A stretch of DNA of 63,329 nt, counting the filler, from Octopus bimaculoides (lineage: Eukaryota), in the NCBI RefSeq assembly GCF_001194135.2. It is 5 parts of 4 records of this genome, joined end to end, with 100 filler letters (N's around TTAATTAATTAA, not from the genome) between each part and the next. Parts side by side here need not be neighbours in the genome. Positions count along the whole stretch, not along the records: positions 1 to 13,134 come from NC_068982.1; positions 13,235 to 36,491 come from NC_068989.1; 3 more parts are not named here. The stretch is one strand, 5' to 3'. Position 1 is the first letter of the stretch; each line of letters starts with the position of its first letter. This document shows, piece by piece, positions 1 to 14,537 of this stretch. The position numbers and the translations under genes are program-made. The notes under the pieces were generated by a model that had not been told where the DNA came from, did no database searches, and saw only the letters and a list, made by a program, of their open reading frames with translations.

Positions 1-325
1 GACATAGCTGCCCTAAACTGGGTCTCATTACGAGCCATTGGTTCGTCTGGTATCGTGGAGAGGAAAGCGTCAAGTTTTGTCTTGAAGACCTCCGCATCCA
101 TGTCTTGTATGTCTCTCAAATGTTTTGGCAGGGCATTGAAGAGCTGAGGTCCTCTGAAACCGAGGCTGCTGCAGTATCTCGTTCTTATGTGAGATGCAGT
201 GGACGGTACCTTTGGCACCATGCAGTGGCGACCCGTGCGGGCGTTCCTGTAGTACTTGATGCCAAAGTTTGGCACCAGTCCTTCCAGTATTTTCCATATG
301 TATATTATTACATATCTCTCCCGCA
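1..325 (-). mobile_element. CR1/L2-group LINE, 3' coding fragment (5'-truncated)
   Basis: Minus frame reads RERYVIIYIWKILEGLVPNFGIK...GFRGPQLFNALPKHLRDIQDMDAEVFKTKLDAFLSTIPDEP, the typical post-RT C-terminus of CR1/L2-type LINEs. Confidence 0.8.
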
Positions 326-3139
326 TACTAAAATTTCCATGATCAATATAATCAGGCATTTAAATAGTGCAGGAACAAGTTTGAGTCAGGGAGAGCGCAC
401 TGGTGTACCGACAATATGTACTGGCATATCAGTACTAAATTACGGATTTGTCCATTCAGATACGCATTCATACGCAAATACTGACAGAATACATAAAATG
501 TTTTCAAAGTCACACTTGGGTGCACTCATTGCACGTACACCACAGTCGCCTACAGGCTCTACATGCAAAGACATGGAAGGTTCCGTGAGGAAGTGAAGAA
601 TAAACAAGGACACAATACATACTTACATATATATATACATATATATATGTATATATACATACACACACACACATATATATATACATTCATATATATATAT
701 ATGTGTGTGTATATATATATATATATGTGTGTGCATATATATATATNNNNNNNNNNNNNNNNNNNNNNNNNNNNNNNNNNNNNNNNNNNNNNNNNNNNNN
801 NNNNNNNNNNNNNNNNNNNNNNNNNNNNNNNNNNNNNNNNNNNNNNNNNNNNNNNNNNNNNNNNNNNNNNNNNNNNNNNNNNNNNNNNNNNNNNNNNNNN
901 NNNNNNNNNNNNNNNNNNNNNNNNNNNNNNNNNNNNNNNNNNNNNNNNNNNNNNNNNNNNNNNNNNNNNNNNNNNNNNNNNNNNNNNNNNNNNNNNNNNN
1001 NNNNNNNNNNNNNNNNNNNNNNNNNNNNNNNNNNNNNNNNNNNNNNNTATATATATATAGATACAGCATGAGAATCACAGAGTTAATGCGTATTATTAAA
1101 GCAAATATTTATTCACAGCTAAAATATTTGCATTCTCATTATCGTTATTTTACGTTTCAGCTATAATTGCTTATTTGAAATCATGGAATAAAACAATAAT
1201 TCTAATATTCATAAAACAATATAACCACGGAAAAACTCGTAATATAGCATTTTAAAATTGCCTGAGTTGTAAATCATATGTAAATACCCATTCATTACAT
1301 ATATTCAATGGCTAAATTATGCTACATAACATATCAATTTGTTCCGTTTCAAATATAATGATGATCTTTATCGACTATTATCATAGAACAATTCAGTTAT
1401 ATAATTCAACTTTTATGTACTCTTAATTCTGATTTATTCCTCTGCTGTAAACATATAATTAGTTCAGGTCAATTATTCAGTTTAGTCTCTATTTCCTAAG
1501 AAATTAATGTCTTTCAGTATTTAGAGTGTTATTAGTGTGTTATTCCGCATCGTGATTCAGACCACTACGAAATGTCGGTACATGGTTCCTACATCTCACT
1601 TCGATGAACAAAGTATCCAGCCATGCACTGTGATTCATTTAATCGATTACACGTAATGGTCAACAGAAATTAACTTCAATATAGAATTTGGTCAACATGA
1701 ATATTTTAATAAGTTGCATGACTGAGTGTATCTCTCGACTAACTCTATGCGTTTGTTGAAAAGGTACTCTTAAATTTCTGTTGCATTTAGTGACAACTTG
1801 TGTACAATTCATAATATATACGTATACATATATACAACATATAGCTACATATATAAATATACATACATGCACATGCATATACCAATTTAAATACATGCAT
1901 ACATATGTATACATAAGACCTATTTATAAATGTTTTATATTATACACAGCATTGGTTCTTTTTTATCCCATTACGAAAAGGAAATCCTTTGCGTAGGTAT
2001 ATATATATACATATGCATGTGTGTGTGTGTGTGCGTGGTATATGAAAGAGGTCAGTGTTATACAGGGTATGTATAACCCGTATAACAGTATCTTCGATCG
2101 TTATTATATACATCAGTAGAATGAAACTTAGCGAAAATGTATCAGTGGTACGACAAAAGTGTTGGCGCATCATGAATTAAAATAATTATGAATTAGTCTC
2201 ATCAAGATTACGAAATCATTTTAGCATTTGCTTTGTTGTTTTTGTTGGAGTCACTGATAGCGTTATTTTTATGGTAGTTGTTCATGTTTGTGGCTGTATA
2301 TCTGTTGTCCATGGGTGTGTTGATGATTTTTGATAGTTGAAGTGTCAGTAGAAGTACAGTTCGTTTTTGTTGTTGTTGTTGTGGTTGAAGTACTCTTAAC
2401 ACCATTGTCCTTGTGGCTCGTTAAGCACCGCCTATACTTATGAGAGTGAGAATCTGACTATTCAAGGAACATGACAGAATCCATACGCTTGCAATTGAAC
2501 GTCTACTTCTCTGAATTAAAGTTGTGATACTAAACAGATCGAAAGAAGAAATCTACAACCAACAGATTTGATAGGGTAACAAAAAAAGATATTCAATATC
2601 AACGAGAAAATCCCAGTCAAATTAAACACTGAATTCATTGAACAACATTTACAAAATGTGAGCAACAACACAGATTGTCACTAGCTTCATGAATCACATG
2701 TTTCTTAAACGTTAAACGTTATGCTATGCGAAATACATTTGGTAAGATCAAATGAAATGAAAATATCAAATCATAAAAATGGCATCTCTGATAGGAAACT
2801 TGCAAACTGCCACTTCTATAGCGAACACAATTATACACGTTTTGTTTCTTTGATCAGATGAAATATCTTTGAAAGCAATAAAAGTGATTTGCAGGAATTT
2901 TAGTATGTAAAATATAAATTGACATTTAATTACTTTCTCCTGTATGCTAAATGTTGCTTTTTCATAACTATTGTTATATTCTAAACATTTTGCCATTTTA
3001 CCAAATCAGCAACACACGACTATTGTTTCTTTTGTGTGCGTTTTTGATTTATTGTTTATATCTCATTTTCTTGTAAATCTAATAAGATTCCTGTCAAAGT
3101 TGAATTACTCGTACATTTATATTCTGAAAGTAATCATTT

Positions 3140-3640
3140 TTACTGATAGTGCTGCTGCTGCTGGTGATGATGCTACTGCTGCTTCTGCTGCTGTTGATGT
3201 TGTTGATGCAACATTTGTTTAATGGCTGCAATGATTATGCTGACAATCAGGTCGGCAAATGTAGCGATAATGATGATTTAGTTGGTTGCGATGATGACGA
3301 TGATGACGATGATGATGATCATAATCCTGATCGTAATCACGATCATGATGACCATGATGATGATTGGAACGATCATAATGGGGATGGTCGTGATGAGGAC
3401 GACGAAGAGAAGAAGAACACAAAGGCGGATGGTGAGGAGAGAGACGACGGCGGCAACAAGTACAGTGACAACAACAATGATTACATTGAAGATGGTAGTG
3501 ATGAAGATTAAAATAAGTGATGAAGTTGATAAAATCGCAGTGATCATGACTACGACGATGGCTTTAGGACTATGGCTGAAAGTGTTGCTGTCAGTACAGA
3601 GGAATAGAGTAAGTTCTATGCTTGAAGAGGATATCAAATA
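3140..3640. repeat. Decayed (GAT)n/(GCT)n trinucleotide low-complexity tract
   Basis: Runs of gat/gac/gct triplets produce the poly-D, poly-M and poly-H ORFs in the track. Confidence 0.85.
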
Positions 3641-3986
3641 AGTAAAATTACAAAGACAAGTAAATATATGTACAAAAAATAGTATGAATTAAATTGCTTC
3701 CGGTATGAAAATATCGTATTTTCACATACAATCTATGGCCTTTTGAACGTAATTGTGTATATTTGTAGCAAACATTTCAAAAGAAGCCATTCTCTCATAA
3801 AGAAATCCCTAGTAATAAATAATATATTAGCAAAAGTAGAATGTTGGAAAATGGATATATTAAACACATTTTCATATTTTGTAGGATATAATTTGTTTTC
3901 GGAATCATCTTCAAACATTCGCGGTATTTATATATGTCCATACTTAATGTTTATAGAACTTAAATTATTATGAAAGTAAATCAGTT

Positions 3987-4017
<31 letters not shown>

Positions 4018-4437
4018 NNNNNNNNNNNNNNNNNNNNNNNNNNNNNNNNNNNNNNNNNNNNNNNNNNNNNNNNNNNNNNNNNNNNNNNNNNNNNNNNNNN
4101 NNNNNNNNNNNNNNNNNNNNNNNNNNNNNNNNNNNNNNNNNNNNNNNNNNNNNNNNNNNNNNNNNNNNNNNNNNNNNNNNNNNNNNNNNNNNNNNNNNNN
4201 NNNNNNNNNNNNNNNNNNNNNNNNNNNNNNNNNNNNNNNNNNNNNNNNNNNNNNNNNNNNNNNNNNNNNNNNNNNNNNNNNNNNNNNNNNNNNNNNNNNN
4301 NNNNNNNNNNNNNNNNNNNNNNNNNNNNNNNNNNNNNNNNNNNNNNNNNNNNNNNNNNNNNNNNNNNNNNNNNNNNNNNNNNNNNNNNNNNNNNNNNNNN
4401 NNNNNNNNNNNNNNNNNNNNNNNNNNNNNNNNNNNNN

Positions 4438-4752
4438 GGTTTCAATTCCCAGACCGGGCTTTGTGAGTGTTTATTGACCGAAAACGCCTAAAACTCCACG
4501 AGGCTGCGGTAGGGGATTGTGGCGAATCTTGCTCTATTCTTTCACCCCATATTTCTCTTATTCTTCTTCCTGTTTCTGTTGTGCCAGTATTTCTGGTACA
4601 GCATATTCTGTGCTATGCTGAATCTCCCCGAGAACTACGTTAAGGGTACATATGTCTGTGGAGTGCTCAGCCACTTGCACGTTAATTTCACGAACAGACT
4701 GTTCCGTTGATCGGATCAAACCGGAATCCACGTCGTCGTATACGCCGAAGTT
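4438..4752 (+). mobile_element. tRNA-derived SINE, family A (tRNA-Arg-like head, OR-type), head lost in gap
   Basis: Shares the body ccccgagaactacgttaagggtac...gctcagccacttgcacgttaatttcacg...gttgatcggatcaa with copies at 13235, 14538 and 30826. Confidence 0.85.
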
Positions 4753-5077
4753 TCACGACGAATGTTTTCGCACAAATATATCAGTTACTACAACGCAGAT
4801 AATGTGGTAACTTACCTACCAACTTTATGGGGGTATCAGATATACATAACATGTAATTAAATAGTGCCTGCATTGCGCATATAGGACGGATTACAACAAC
4901 ACAACTGACATCTGCTGCCTTAGATCTTTGATATCACGAAAACCGTAAGCATGCATTACTTACACAGAATGCCAGGTCAACACCGAAGCATAGATAATAT
5001 TCATCTTCATAGAAATATTAAATGACAATAAGCCTTACGCACACAGACACGTACGCATGCACACATACAGACACACG

Positions 5078-5108
<31 letters not shown>

Positions 5109-6400
5109 GCATATATATATATATGTAGAGAGAGAGGGGGAGTGAGAGGAAGAGGATGAACAAGAGAGTTACATTTTTAGCTGTGTTTGCATGCGCCTGT
5201 GCGTGTATTTACGCTTTTAAAAACCTCATATTGTAATTTCGATATGAATACACTCCTATCGATGCATCTTGAATTTCTTGAAGGCACCTGAGTCTCTAAA
5301 TGTCTAGAATTATAAAGCAAACTTCGTTATAGACATCTTTTTTTCTAATTTCTTCATTTGCTTAGACATTTCCATCGAATTTTGTTACAGAACTTTAAAA
5401 ATACCTTCGCCTTTTATATATTCATCTTTTTTTATTATTTTCCCCGAACCTAATACATCCATGCAATATTCCTTTGTTGCATTATTAACAATTTGTTACA
5501 GCAATATTTCTCAGTAGAAATATATTTTTAACATTTCCACTGAATTAAAAGTTATAGTAAATATAAAAATAAGTAAATGCCTATAATATCTAACGTTATT
5601 TAGTTTCCAGCTGCTAAAAGCTCTTCCCCGCTTGTTTCATCACATTTATATATTTCTATTTTTTCCTTAGACTTTGACAGATAGTTTAACGGCATTTTAT
5701 TTATTTCATATACTACATTATAATTATTACATGTTGGCTGCTAATTTACATTTTTTTTAAAGCTGCGAATTTCTTGCCATTTGGAAGAAAACGACAGCAA
5801 CATAAAAGCACAAAGAAAGAGAAGAGAGTGCAGAAAAAAATAATTGCGCCATTAATAGCTTCTAAGCAAAATGAAATTGAAAACAACTTCAATGCTTAAA
5901 AGCTGATAGCATCTAAATCCTGTAAAATTTTTTCGGTAAAAATAAATTTATTTATATTTTATTTCACATCATAATTTCATGCTTTAGATTTTTTTAAAAT
6001 ATTTATAATATGGCTAAAGGAAAGTTTCTAAAATATAGAAAGTAAATTTTTGTAATTGAAAAGCAAATGCATGAAAACACTACAGGATCTGCATTCATTA
6101 ATATTTTTTTGTTTTTCTGTTTAGCATGATTAACTCAGCTTAGTAGATACACGCAAACACAGAGATAAAACAACAAGCATTCACACATACATACATTGAT
6201 ATAAATATATGAATATATGCTCTCNNNNNNNNNNATTCATATATATTCAGAGCTACGCATGTGCATGCAAATACAATTGCTTCTATATGCACAAATATAA
6301 ATACATATGAAGAATACGCATACGCCTATATGCATTTTAATGTGCATTTAAAATACATCACGTTGAGCATGCATACATGCATAAGAATAACATATTACTA

Positions 6401-6436
<36 letters not shown>

Positions 6437-6822
6437 CATAGCAGGAAATAATATACTTAATATGTGTACATTTGAATCTTTATGTGAGTGTATGTTTGCG
6501 TGGGTATATAATATGTGTGTGAGTGTGCGTGCGTGTGTTAGATATTTAATTATTTAGAAACGTACATATAATGATATATATTCGAATACAAATATATAAT
6601 AGAGACGAAATAAATTACAAAGAAAATGCATGTCTAATTTAGAGAAACACATTAATCTAGAACAAATACGTAGATATAAATCTACGAAGAATGTGGGTGT
6701 ATACATGCATATACATACACACACAGATATATAAAGATAAATATAATATATAATATATATATGTGCATAAATGTGTACATAAATACACACACACACACAC
6801 ACATACACACACACACACACAT

Positions 6823-6873
<51 letters not shown>

Positions 6874-8094
6874 TACACAAACCCTCATACATATAGACGT
6901 ATATATGTATATATGTGTGTGTGTGCGTGTGTGTGTATAGCCAAGTGTAACTTTGAATTTATCTCGAAGAGCTATTATCTACGACAGTTTTTCTCGCGTT
7001 TTACGTCATCATTCGAATTACATTGCGCATAATTTCTATAACTGATAATGATTTATGTTTAACATTTATAAAATACATTAATATTGATGAAAGAAAATTG
7101 CTGAATTTGTTATTGGGATTCGATAGTTCTAATTTAATGTTAATGGTTTGTAGGTTTTCCCAACGCTACATGTTTATAATTATGATTGAACGCGCTTAAA
7201 CCTTTGATTGCGGGGCAGTTATTATATATATAGCTATTCTTCTACGCTTGTTCCTATATATCGATTCATCTATCTTTACTTCAGTTCAGACATCGTATGT
7301 GTCTGTATATATGAAAGTATAAGTATTGCTACACATGTATAAGTGGATATATATAGACGCAAGCATACGTAGAATCCCAATAAATGTCTGTCATCCAATA
7401 TCTGTGTTTGATAAGATATTAGCAAAGTTCAATCAAATAAGAAGAAATGATAATTGTAACAAGTTCGCTCCTACAAGAAAGAACGACGTCTTAGAACAAC
7501 GACAACTGAAGATATAAAAAAATTCACTGACAATAACACCAACATTTATACGATTTCACTATCGGTAACATAACTGATGTCGTTATTGTTTCGATCTTAG
7601 TAGAAACATTCAAACCGGCGTTATTAGCAGTGTTAAAATCAATCCCCTGCCTGGGAATTACTAGACAAAGAGGAAGATCGAAACATTAAGTCATACATAA
7701 ACAACATCTACGGCTACATGTAATTAAAATAGACGCATAACATCTGAAACATAGATTTTTTGGTACCAATAGCTTCAGACAGAAGAATAAAAGTCACTGT
7801 ATGTAAAGCAGAAATATCTTCAAAAATGTAATTGCTTCCTTAATGTCCGCGGGACTTAAAACATGAAGTATTGAACTAAATGTACCAGACCATAGGTATC
7901 GTACCTTGTCGGAAATACAAGTTCCCTAAATATAATTTGAAAAACAACAATAAGCTTTAAGAATGACTAACCTAAAACAGCAAACAACATATTTTAATCT
8001 ATGCATGGGCGTTAATTTATTTTGTTTCATTTGTTTTAGTATTTTATTTGTTTTAGAATTGAAATATTATTTTCTACTCTAGACACAAAGCCCG

Positions 8095-8495
8095 GAATTT
8101 TGTGGGAGAGGGTCAGTCTAACAGATCGACCCCAGTACGCAAATGGTACTTAATATATCGACTTCAAATGGATGAAAGGCAAAATCGACCTCAGCAAAAG
8201 TTGAACTCAAAACGTAAAGACAGCCGAAATAACCCTAAGCATTTTGCCCGGCGTGCTAACACGTTTCTTATTTCTTTATTGCCAAGAAGGGGCAAAAATA
8301 GAAAGGACAAACAAACGAATAAGTTGATTACATCGACCCCAGTGCGTAACTGGTATTTAAAGTATCGACCCCGAAAGTATGAAAGGCAAAGTCGACCTCG
8401 GCGGAATTTGAACTCAGAACGTAAAGACCGACAAAATACCGCTAAGCGTTGTGCCCGGCGTGCTAACGATTCTGCCAGCTCGCCGCCTTTTTAGG
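8095..8495 (-). mobile_element. tRNA-derived SINE family B (Meta-domain-like), composite of two copies
   Basis: Head ggcggcgagctggcagaa, B-box gagttcaaattcc and central gaggtcgactttgcctttcatcctttcggggtcgataaa..aagtaccag occur twice, joined at the tail ...aataaagaaataagaaac. Confidence 0.85.
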
Positions 8496-11400
8496 ATTAA
8501 GATATTAGAAGTCATTTAATATTTATCTTAATTGCAGTTCATCAAAACATTTTGCAGAGAACAAAATACCTAATCTGTACAGGATCATGAATCGCACTCT
8601 ATGGCAGTGGCCTTCACATACACAGATGCCCGTGTCCAGAAGTAAAATGACCAACAGTATACGCAATTTTTATTTTGCATGTGTTTTGAAAGTATGCTTT
8701 CTGTGTGCCTAAAGCAACGAGTAATTGAATATAATTTAATACAAGCAAGACTATCAGAAACGGAAAAAAAATTACTTTTATTAAATTTGATTGCATACAT
8801 TACCAAAAAGAGTTTCTTGCTTGTGAAAGCAAGTTCGGCAGCCTTCATTTATTATGATAAGTAAATTTTCGTTTTATAATATATGCTGTTTAATGTTAAA
8901 ATCTATTCTGTCCCGCCATGAGAATATGCTGCTTATCTGGCATTTTCCTCAGCATCGCCGCCCTCCGATGACTCTAACAAGTAACAGATAAAAGATAAAA
9001 TATGTACCGTACTGAACAGAAAACGTAGACAATTTATTTCTATGATCGCCTCGATTATTAAAAGGGCGAGATGTTGTCTAAGATATGTGGCTTCGTTGCA
9101 ATCCGAATAAAATTTAAGTTTTTCATTTGAATGATATGACTCAAATAGCGCATCCTTTTGTAGTGTTAGATATGAATCACAGATCAATGAGTGTATTTGA
9201 CTCCCTATATCCTTAAGAATTCTCAAGCCATCTTCTACTTTGTTCAATAAGACTATTTCTATTTCACTTTCATTGCCCCCTCTATCCTCCACACTTTCTC
9301 AATACTTGTTACATTGACTGACGTATATTTATGATTGCTTTATACATTCACTGATAAAAAAAAAATATTAAGATGAATATTTTTTTTTATTCTGAGTCTC
9401 TTTCATTATTCTATACAAAGTGAAATATTCCTAACCACAAACTGACAGTTGTTATCATTTCTTCTTTGCTATTGTGCCGTCTGAAAATAAACCAAAATTT
9501 TACTTCGCTCATATTAGCTGTACTGTACCAGTATCACACTATATACTTCAAAAGCATAATAAATAGTTATTGATCAGAAATATCATATCCACAGTCTGTT
9601 AAAAAAAAAGGTCAGCATTCATATATATTTTTTTCATTCTTTGTAAACATTAAGAGAGTAACAATACTAGGCTGAATCAGATATGTATATATTAGGATCG
9701 GCATTAAATGATATATTAATACTTTTGAGGTTGCATCCACATGAAATACAAAAGCTAATATATATTTTTTTGTATATATATTTCATGTGTGATCATTAAA
9801 ACGTTATATAGAATCTTGCAGTGAATAATAAGCAATATTAGTCAAATACTAATACAATTTCTATTTTGACGAACAATGGAATAAGTTGATCTGCTTCTGT
9901 TTCAGAATGAATTCATCAGTGAACGCTAGACTTCATCATTTCAGTAACGTTTATGCTAAGAAAAGAAGTAATACTTTAATTCTCAAATGGACACAGCGTC
10001 ATACTGCGTCACAACATTTAAATTGGTCATATAGTCTACACAGCTTTATTCAAACCACACGGCTTTATTCCTACCGTATATATATGGACTGGCTCGAAAC
10101 TATGATAAAAAGAAATGCCAAATAGAACAGTAAAAGGGAACGAAGTTATAACTTTACTAGTACGCAACAGACTTCTTAAACAATCAACAATATCTGCATG
10201 CATTCTTCCTTATACGCCCAACTACTGAAATGTGGAGTTTGACAAAAATGGGATAGACATGCAATCGTGAAATTGGCATGGTGAGAGGAGCATCCATCGT
10301 CAACAACTGATAGCTTTTGTAGAGTTAAAGTTACAGAAGGGAACATGGGAATATACGATAGAGTTATACATTATCTATCTTCTAGAGCCTAGTTGTAGGA
10401 AAAAATAACATGAGGTTTTCCAAGTAGACCCGAAACAGCATGAAAGGGAAATTAGGTGAAAGAACAAAAATACCATCATGATATGATGTGAAGCAAGACA
10501 GTGAAACATTTCACCAACCGCTACCAGAATCAAGAGTCTACCGCTATACATGAACTTGTCGCTTCCGTCTCACCTCTAAACGCTGCCTGTATACTCATTG
10601 TAAGTACACGGGGAACCTCCATCATCAAATGTGTCTTCAGCTACCGAACCAGACATTACTGGCTATTTTATTCTCTCCAAGCATATGGGCTTCACTCTGC
10701 ATACTCATATATTTGAGTATATAGGTATTATTGCATACATAACATTGCTACAATCATTTTGCATTTACTATATTTGGGCATATTTGGTCATATTGTTTTA
10801 TAATCATTGTGGAGATTTCGTCGGAACCACTGCCAGTGTAAATGTAGTAGAGGACAATGTGACGCTTGCAAGACGTTCACAAGATACACTTCCTAACACT
10901 AATGTCTTTGCAAATTGTAGGGTGGCTGCATGTTATCTTGGCAGTAACCGTATATATCGTCTCAAATTCACGATAAATCAAAAGTTTTCGTTGCCATTTA
11001 TACTTCGTTGAATTGCCAATCAAATTTTAGAGAATACTGTATGTTAATAAGTGGGATACATTTGTTCTCTGAATGTGTACAGTATAATCTATGCTGTACA
11101 TTCCGTCCCTATTTCGTGCACAAAAGTAAAAATAACCGTTATCTTGACCGTAAATTAAATAAATTTTGGTGACTGTGAATGTAAAAGGAGAGAGACAAAC
11201 AGTTATATATTTAATGATGTGGGATAGAATGATAGGATTTACAACATAACAAGTGAGTGGATAAAGAGGAAGTGTAATAACTCCATTCTCGTTGAATGAA
11301 TAATAAAATATACAATAGGCAGCGTGATCGTACCGTTGTCAAAAGATCTGATACAGCATAGATACTAGTTATTTAATTTATACATAATTCATATGAAGAT

Positions 11401-12045
11401 CTTGATGACTTTCTTTGACGCTAGTCTTCATTTTATGGTTAATTTAGTCAGCAAAATAAAATATATTGTGTCCACATATATGCTCATATTGCATAGACGA
11501 ATATTATACATACATATCCGTCACCAACAAGGAAAACTTACTGTCTATGTTTTCATTGCAGAACACAAGACTTGTTACTCTCACAAAATAAATTGATTTT
11601 GAATATTCGTTTCTCATGGATGAAAATTTTAATTAAAACTTCGAGGAGTAGCGTTTGAAAGAATTGGAATTATATGTGATGATAAACAAGTGAACTAAGA
11701 AGAAACAGAATAAATCACACGGTAGCTGGAAGTTGAAAAATTGAGAAAATAATTGTAGAAATAAAACTCAAATTTCCCCATAGATATTTTAATTCCAGTA
11801 TTGATTTTGAAACTAACACATACAAAAAAAGAACACATTTTGTGTATGTATAGGACTTAAATTTATTTTTCAATGTTCGTCTCACACAGACTTCTCTCTC
11901 TCTCTCTAATCATCCTCTTTCTCTCAGTCTCATATACAGACCTAGATACAGAGGTGTATTTATGTATACATATGTGTGTGTGTACGTGTGTATTCAAATG
12001 CGTCCACCCCCACCCAACATAGAAATGTATATATACATATATAAG

Positions 12046-12103
<58 letters not shown>

Positions 12104-13178
12104 AAAATACACACACACACACAAACACACACATACATATGTATATATACATATATATACATACGTAAATACTACACTCGCTAGAGAATGTGTTCGTGTA
12201 TTAGCGTATATTTAAAACAAAAGAAAAATGAACGTAAGGAAGTAAGCGTCAGAAAGCTTTTAGAAATTCCTAGCCTAATGGCATTCACATTATTTTTTAA
12301 CTTTCTGTATACTTTCAACTTATTACACATTGCTAACTAAAGTAAATATCAGCAACAACAAAAATGAGAATATCTGAAATATTAACATAAAAATGTAGGA
12401 TATTACACATATTAGAATCACGTAAGGAGTAGAACATATTATGTATATATCGCCTTTTATTTACTTGTTGATATGCATGTTTGTTGCTGGATATAAATTC
12501 CACTTTGTTCTAATGCTAACGTATAAACTCTGAATTCTTCGCAGTTATTATTTTTTTTTTAGTTTTTGGTACTTATTTTGTATATATCTAGCAAACAAAT
12601 GATCAATCAGACAATGAAAGTCACCTTTCTCTCTCTTTCCCACTTCTCTCTCTCTTGGACGCTCTTTCACACGCATACACAATCATAAACACGCTCGCAC
12701 AAACAACAGCAGATATAAATATATTTATACGGATATATACGCACTATTACATAGAATGTATGTGTATCTAGGTGTTATTCTAGTATCAGTTTCAGCTTAA
12801 AGGATATGGTCGTGTTGATGCAACGCCAAATAGTCACCTCTCCACTTGCTATTCTTGTGTGGCTGAGTTTTTGTGAAAGCGGAAATTTTATATTACTCCC
12901 CACGTTTGACTTTGATGTCTTAACATAGTTGTCATCGTCTTTCTTGAAAATTCTACTCAAGCACTTAAAATAAGACTCTCGGGTTTTTGGCAAGATATTC
13001 TATAGTTGTCTGTGTCTCCCAACGTAATGCAAAATCAGGTCTTTATTCTAGAAGGAATACGTGGGACTTTTGTACCTGTGTATTGACGCCTTGTATTATT
13101 TTTCTGTAAATGTATCTCTTTATCGCTATATATANNNNNNNNNNNNNNNNNNNNNNNNNNNNNNNNNNNNNNNNNNNN

Positions 13179-13190
13179 TTAATTAATTAA
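13179..13190. other. Assembly gap linker TTAATTAATTAA (also 36536-36547, 46791-46802, 60425-60436)
   Basis: Identical 12-mer embedded in N runs four times; it carries stop codons in all six frames. Confidence 0.9.
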
Positions 13191-13234
13191 NNNNNNNNNN
13201 NNNNNNNNNNNNNNNNNNNNNNNNNNNNNNNNNN

Positions 13235-13545
13235 TTGTGAGTGTTTATTGAGCGAAAACACCTAAAGCTCCACGAGGCTCCGGCAGGGGATGGTGGCGAA
13301 CCCTGCTCTACTCTTTCACCACAACTGTCTCTTACTCTTACTTCCTGTTTCTGTTGTGCCTGTAATTCAAAGGGTCAGCCTTGTCACACTGTGTCACGCT
13401 GAATATCCCCGAGAACTACGTTAAGGATACACGTGTCTGTGGAATGCACAGCCACTTGCACGTTCATTTCACGAGCAGGCTGTTCCGTTGATCGGATCAA
13501 CTGGAACCCTCGACGTCGTAAGCGACGGAGTGCCAACAACAACAA
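13235..13545 (+). mobile_element. SINE family A copy with (AAC)n tail
   Basis: Colinear with the other family A copies; ends gtcgtaagcgacggagtgccaacaacaac. Confidence 0.9.
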
Positions 13546-14094
13546 TTGTCTCGTCTTCAGCAAAAAAAGCATAATAGTTGTTAGTTTTGCTATCCACTGC
13601 CAAGCAGTGACACTCTTCATCATAGTCAGACAAACTTCGTGGCATTCGTTCTAACTCTCTGTGTTCCAGGTTCAAATTTCACCGAAGTCAACTCTGTCTT
13701 TCAATCTTCTTGGAATGTACCAGTCCTTGGAGCAGTAATTGGGTAGCGAGACTGTAAAAACATCATACTGGATGCCTTGAAGTATTTGCTCTGGTTCTCT
13801 GTGTTACAAGTTCAAATCCCACTGTACCCTACTTGGGTGCTAATTTGACACCACCATAAGACATCTAGGGTATAGTTAGCAGAGTTCCTTTCATTGCAAA
13901 CATTCAAGATATGTCTCTATTCTTGCGCAAGTCTTGGAGCCGTGTAAAAGGGTCATTAAAACAGCCTTTCCTCTTGATTAAAAACATATACATTTAATTT
14001 CATATTTGAGTCAAAAGGTCAGCGCCAACTTGAGCTTTTTTCATTCTGCATTGATGGGAAAGTGCAACAAGAGTCTTATTTGCTTGTCCTTGCA

Positions 14095-14288
14095 GGAATT
14101 AAACGTACTGACAATTTATGATGTAATACAGTTCTATATTTAAGAGATGTGGAATTATTTACATTTGACAGATATTTGTCCTCATCTTGTTTGTTAACAC
14201 AATGTTTCGGCTGATATACCTTCCAGCCTTCATCAGGTATCTTGGGGAAATTTCGAACTTGGGTTCTCATTCCTAAGGTATTTTTCGA

Positions 14289-14333
<45 letters not shown>

Positions 14334-14335
14334 CA
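14095..14335 (-). mobile_element. Penelope-like element terminal-repeat remnant next to (TAA)n
   Basis: Contains a minimal type I hammerhead motif, a known hallmark of PLE terminal repeats; no coding part is visible. Confidence 0.6.
14197..14240 (-). ncRNA. Minimal type I hammerhead ribozyme motif (one core-adjacent mutation)
   Basis: Minus: atac CTGATGA a ggctg gaaggtatat cagcc GAAAC ATT gtgt. Stem II is ggctg/cagcc and stem I is atac/gtgt; the stem III C-G pair is broken by G>A. Confidence 0.7.
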
Positions 14336-14537
14336 TTCAGGTCACTGGAATCGAACTCGGAATGTTGGGGTTAGTAGCCCGCACTACCGCATATTGTGTA
14401 AAAGAATATTGCCCATGGCATCACAACCACTAGCTATGTAACCAGATCACCCCTGTCATGCCCAGGGTACCACGCAGTGAGACTGAAGCCGGAACAAACA
14501 TGCAGTTGGGCAGTAGACTTCCTACCACACAGCCTGG

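Noticed and set aside
563-1166. Long ORFs rich in YI/HT/CV or X, here and at 3970, 17614, 25032, 28039, 29404, 32461, 53485 and elsewhere
   Set aside because: They are translations of (TA)n, (CA)n or (GT)n repeats and N gaps.
4865-4944. Galaxin-like YNNTTDICC peptide with flanking splice-like sites
   Set aside because: Only a single short motif, with no second repeat or supporting exon found; compatible with chance.
5763-5899. Neuropeptide-like ANFLPFGRKR after an acceptor-like site
   Set aside because: No repeated peptide copies and no signal-peptide exon were identified, and an alternative frame is equally plausible.
8933-9292. 119-aa minus-strand ORF with a hydrophobic stretch
   Set aside because: No recognisable domain, a non-ATG start, and the hydrophobic part overlaps a polypyrimidine tract. 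It may hide a short terminal exon, but this is unsupported.
10815-10895. Cys-rich HCQCKCSRGQCDAC segment (EGF-like or CXC-like)
   Set aside because: Cysteine spacing does not fit the known repeats, and it is bounded by stops without splice sites.
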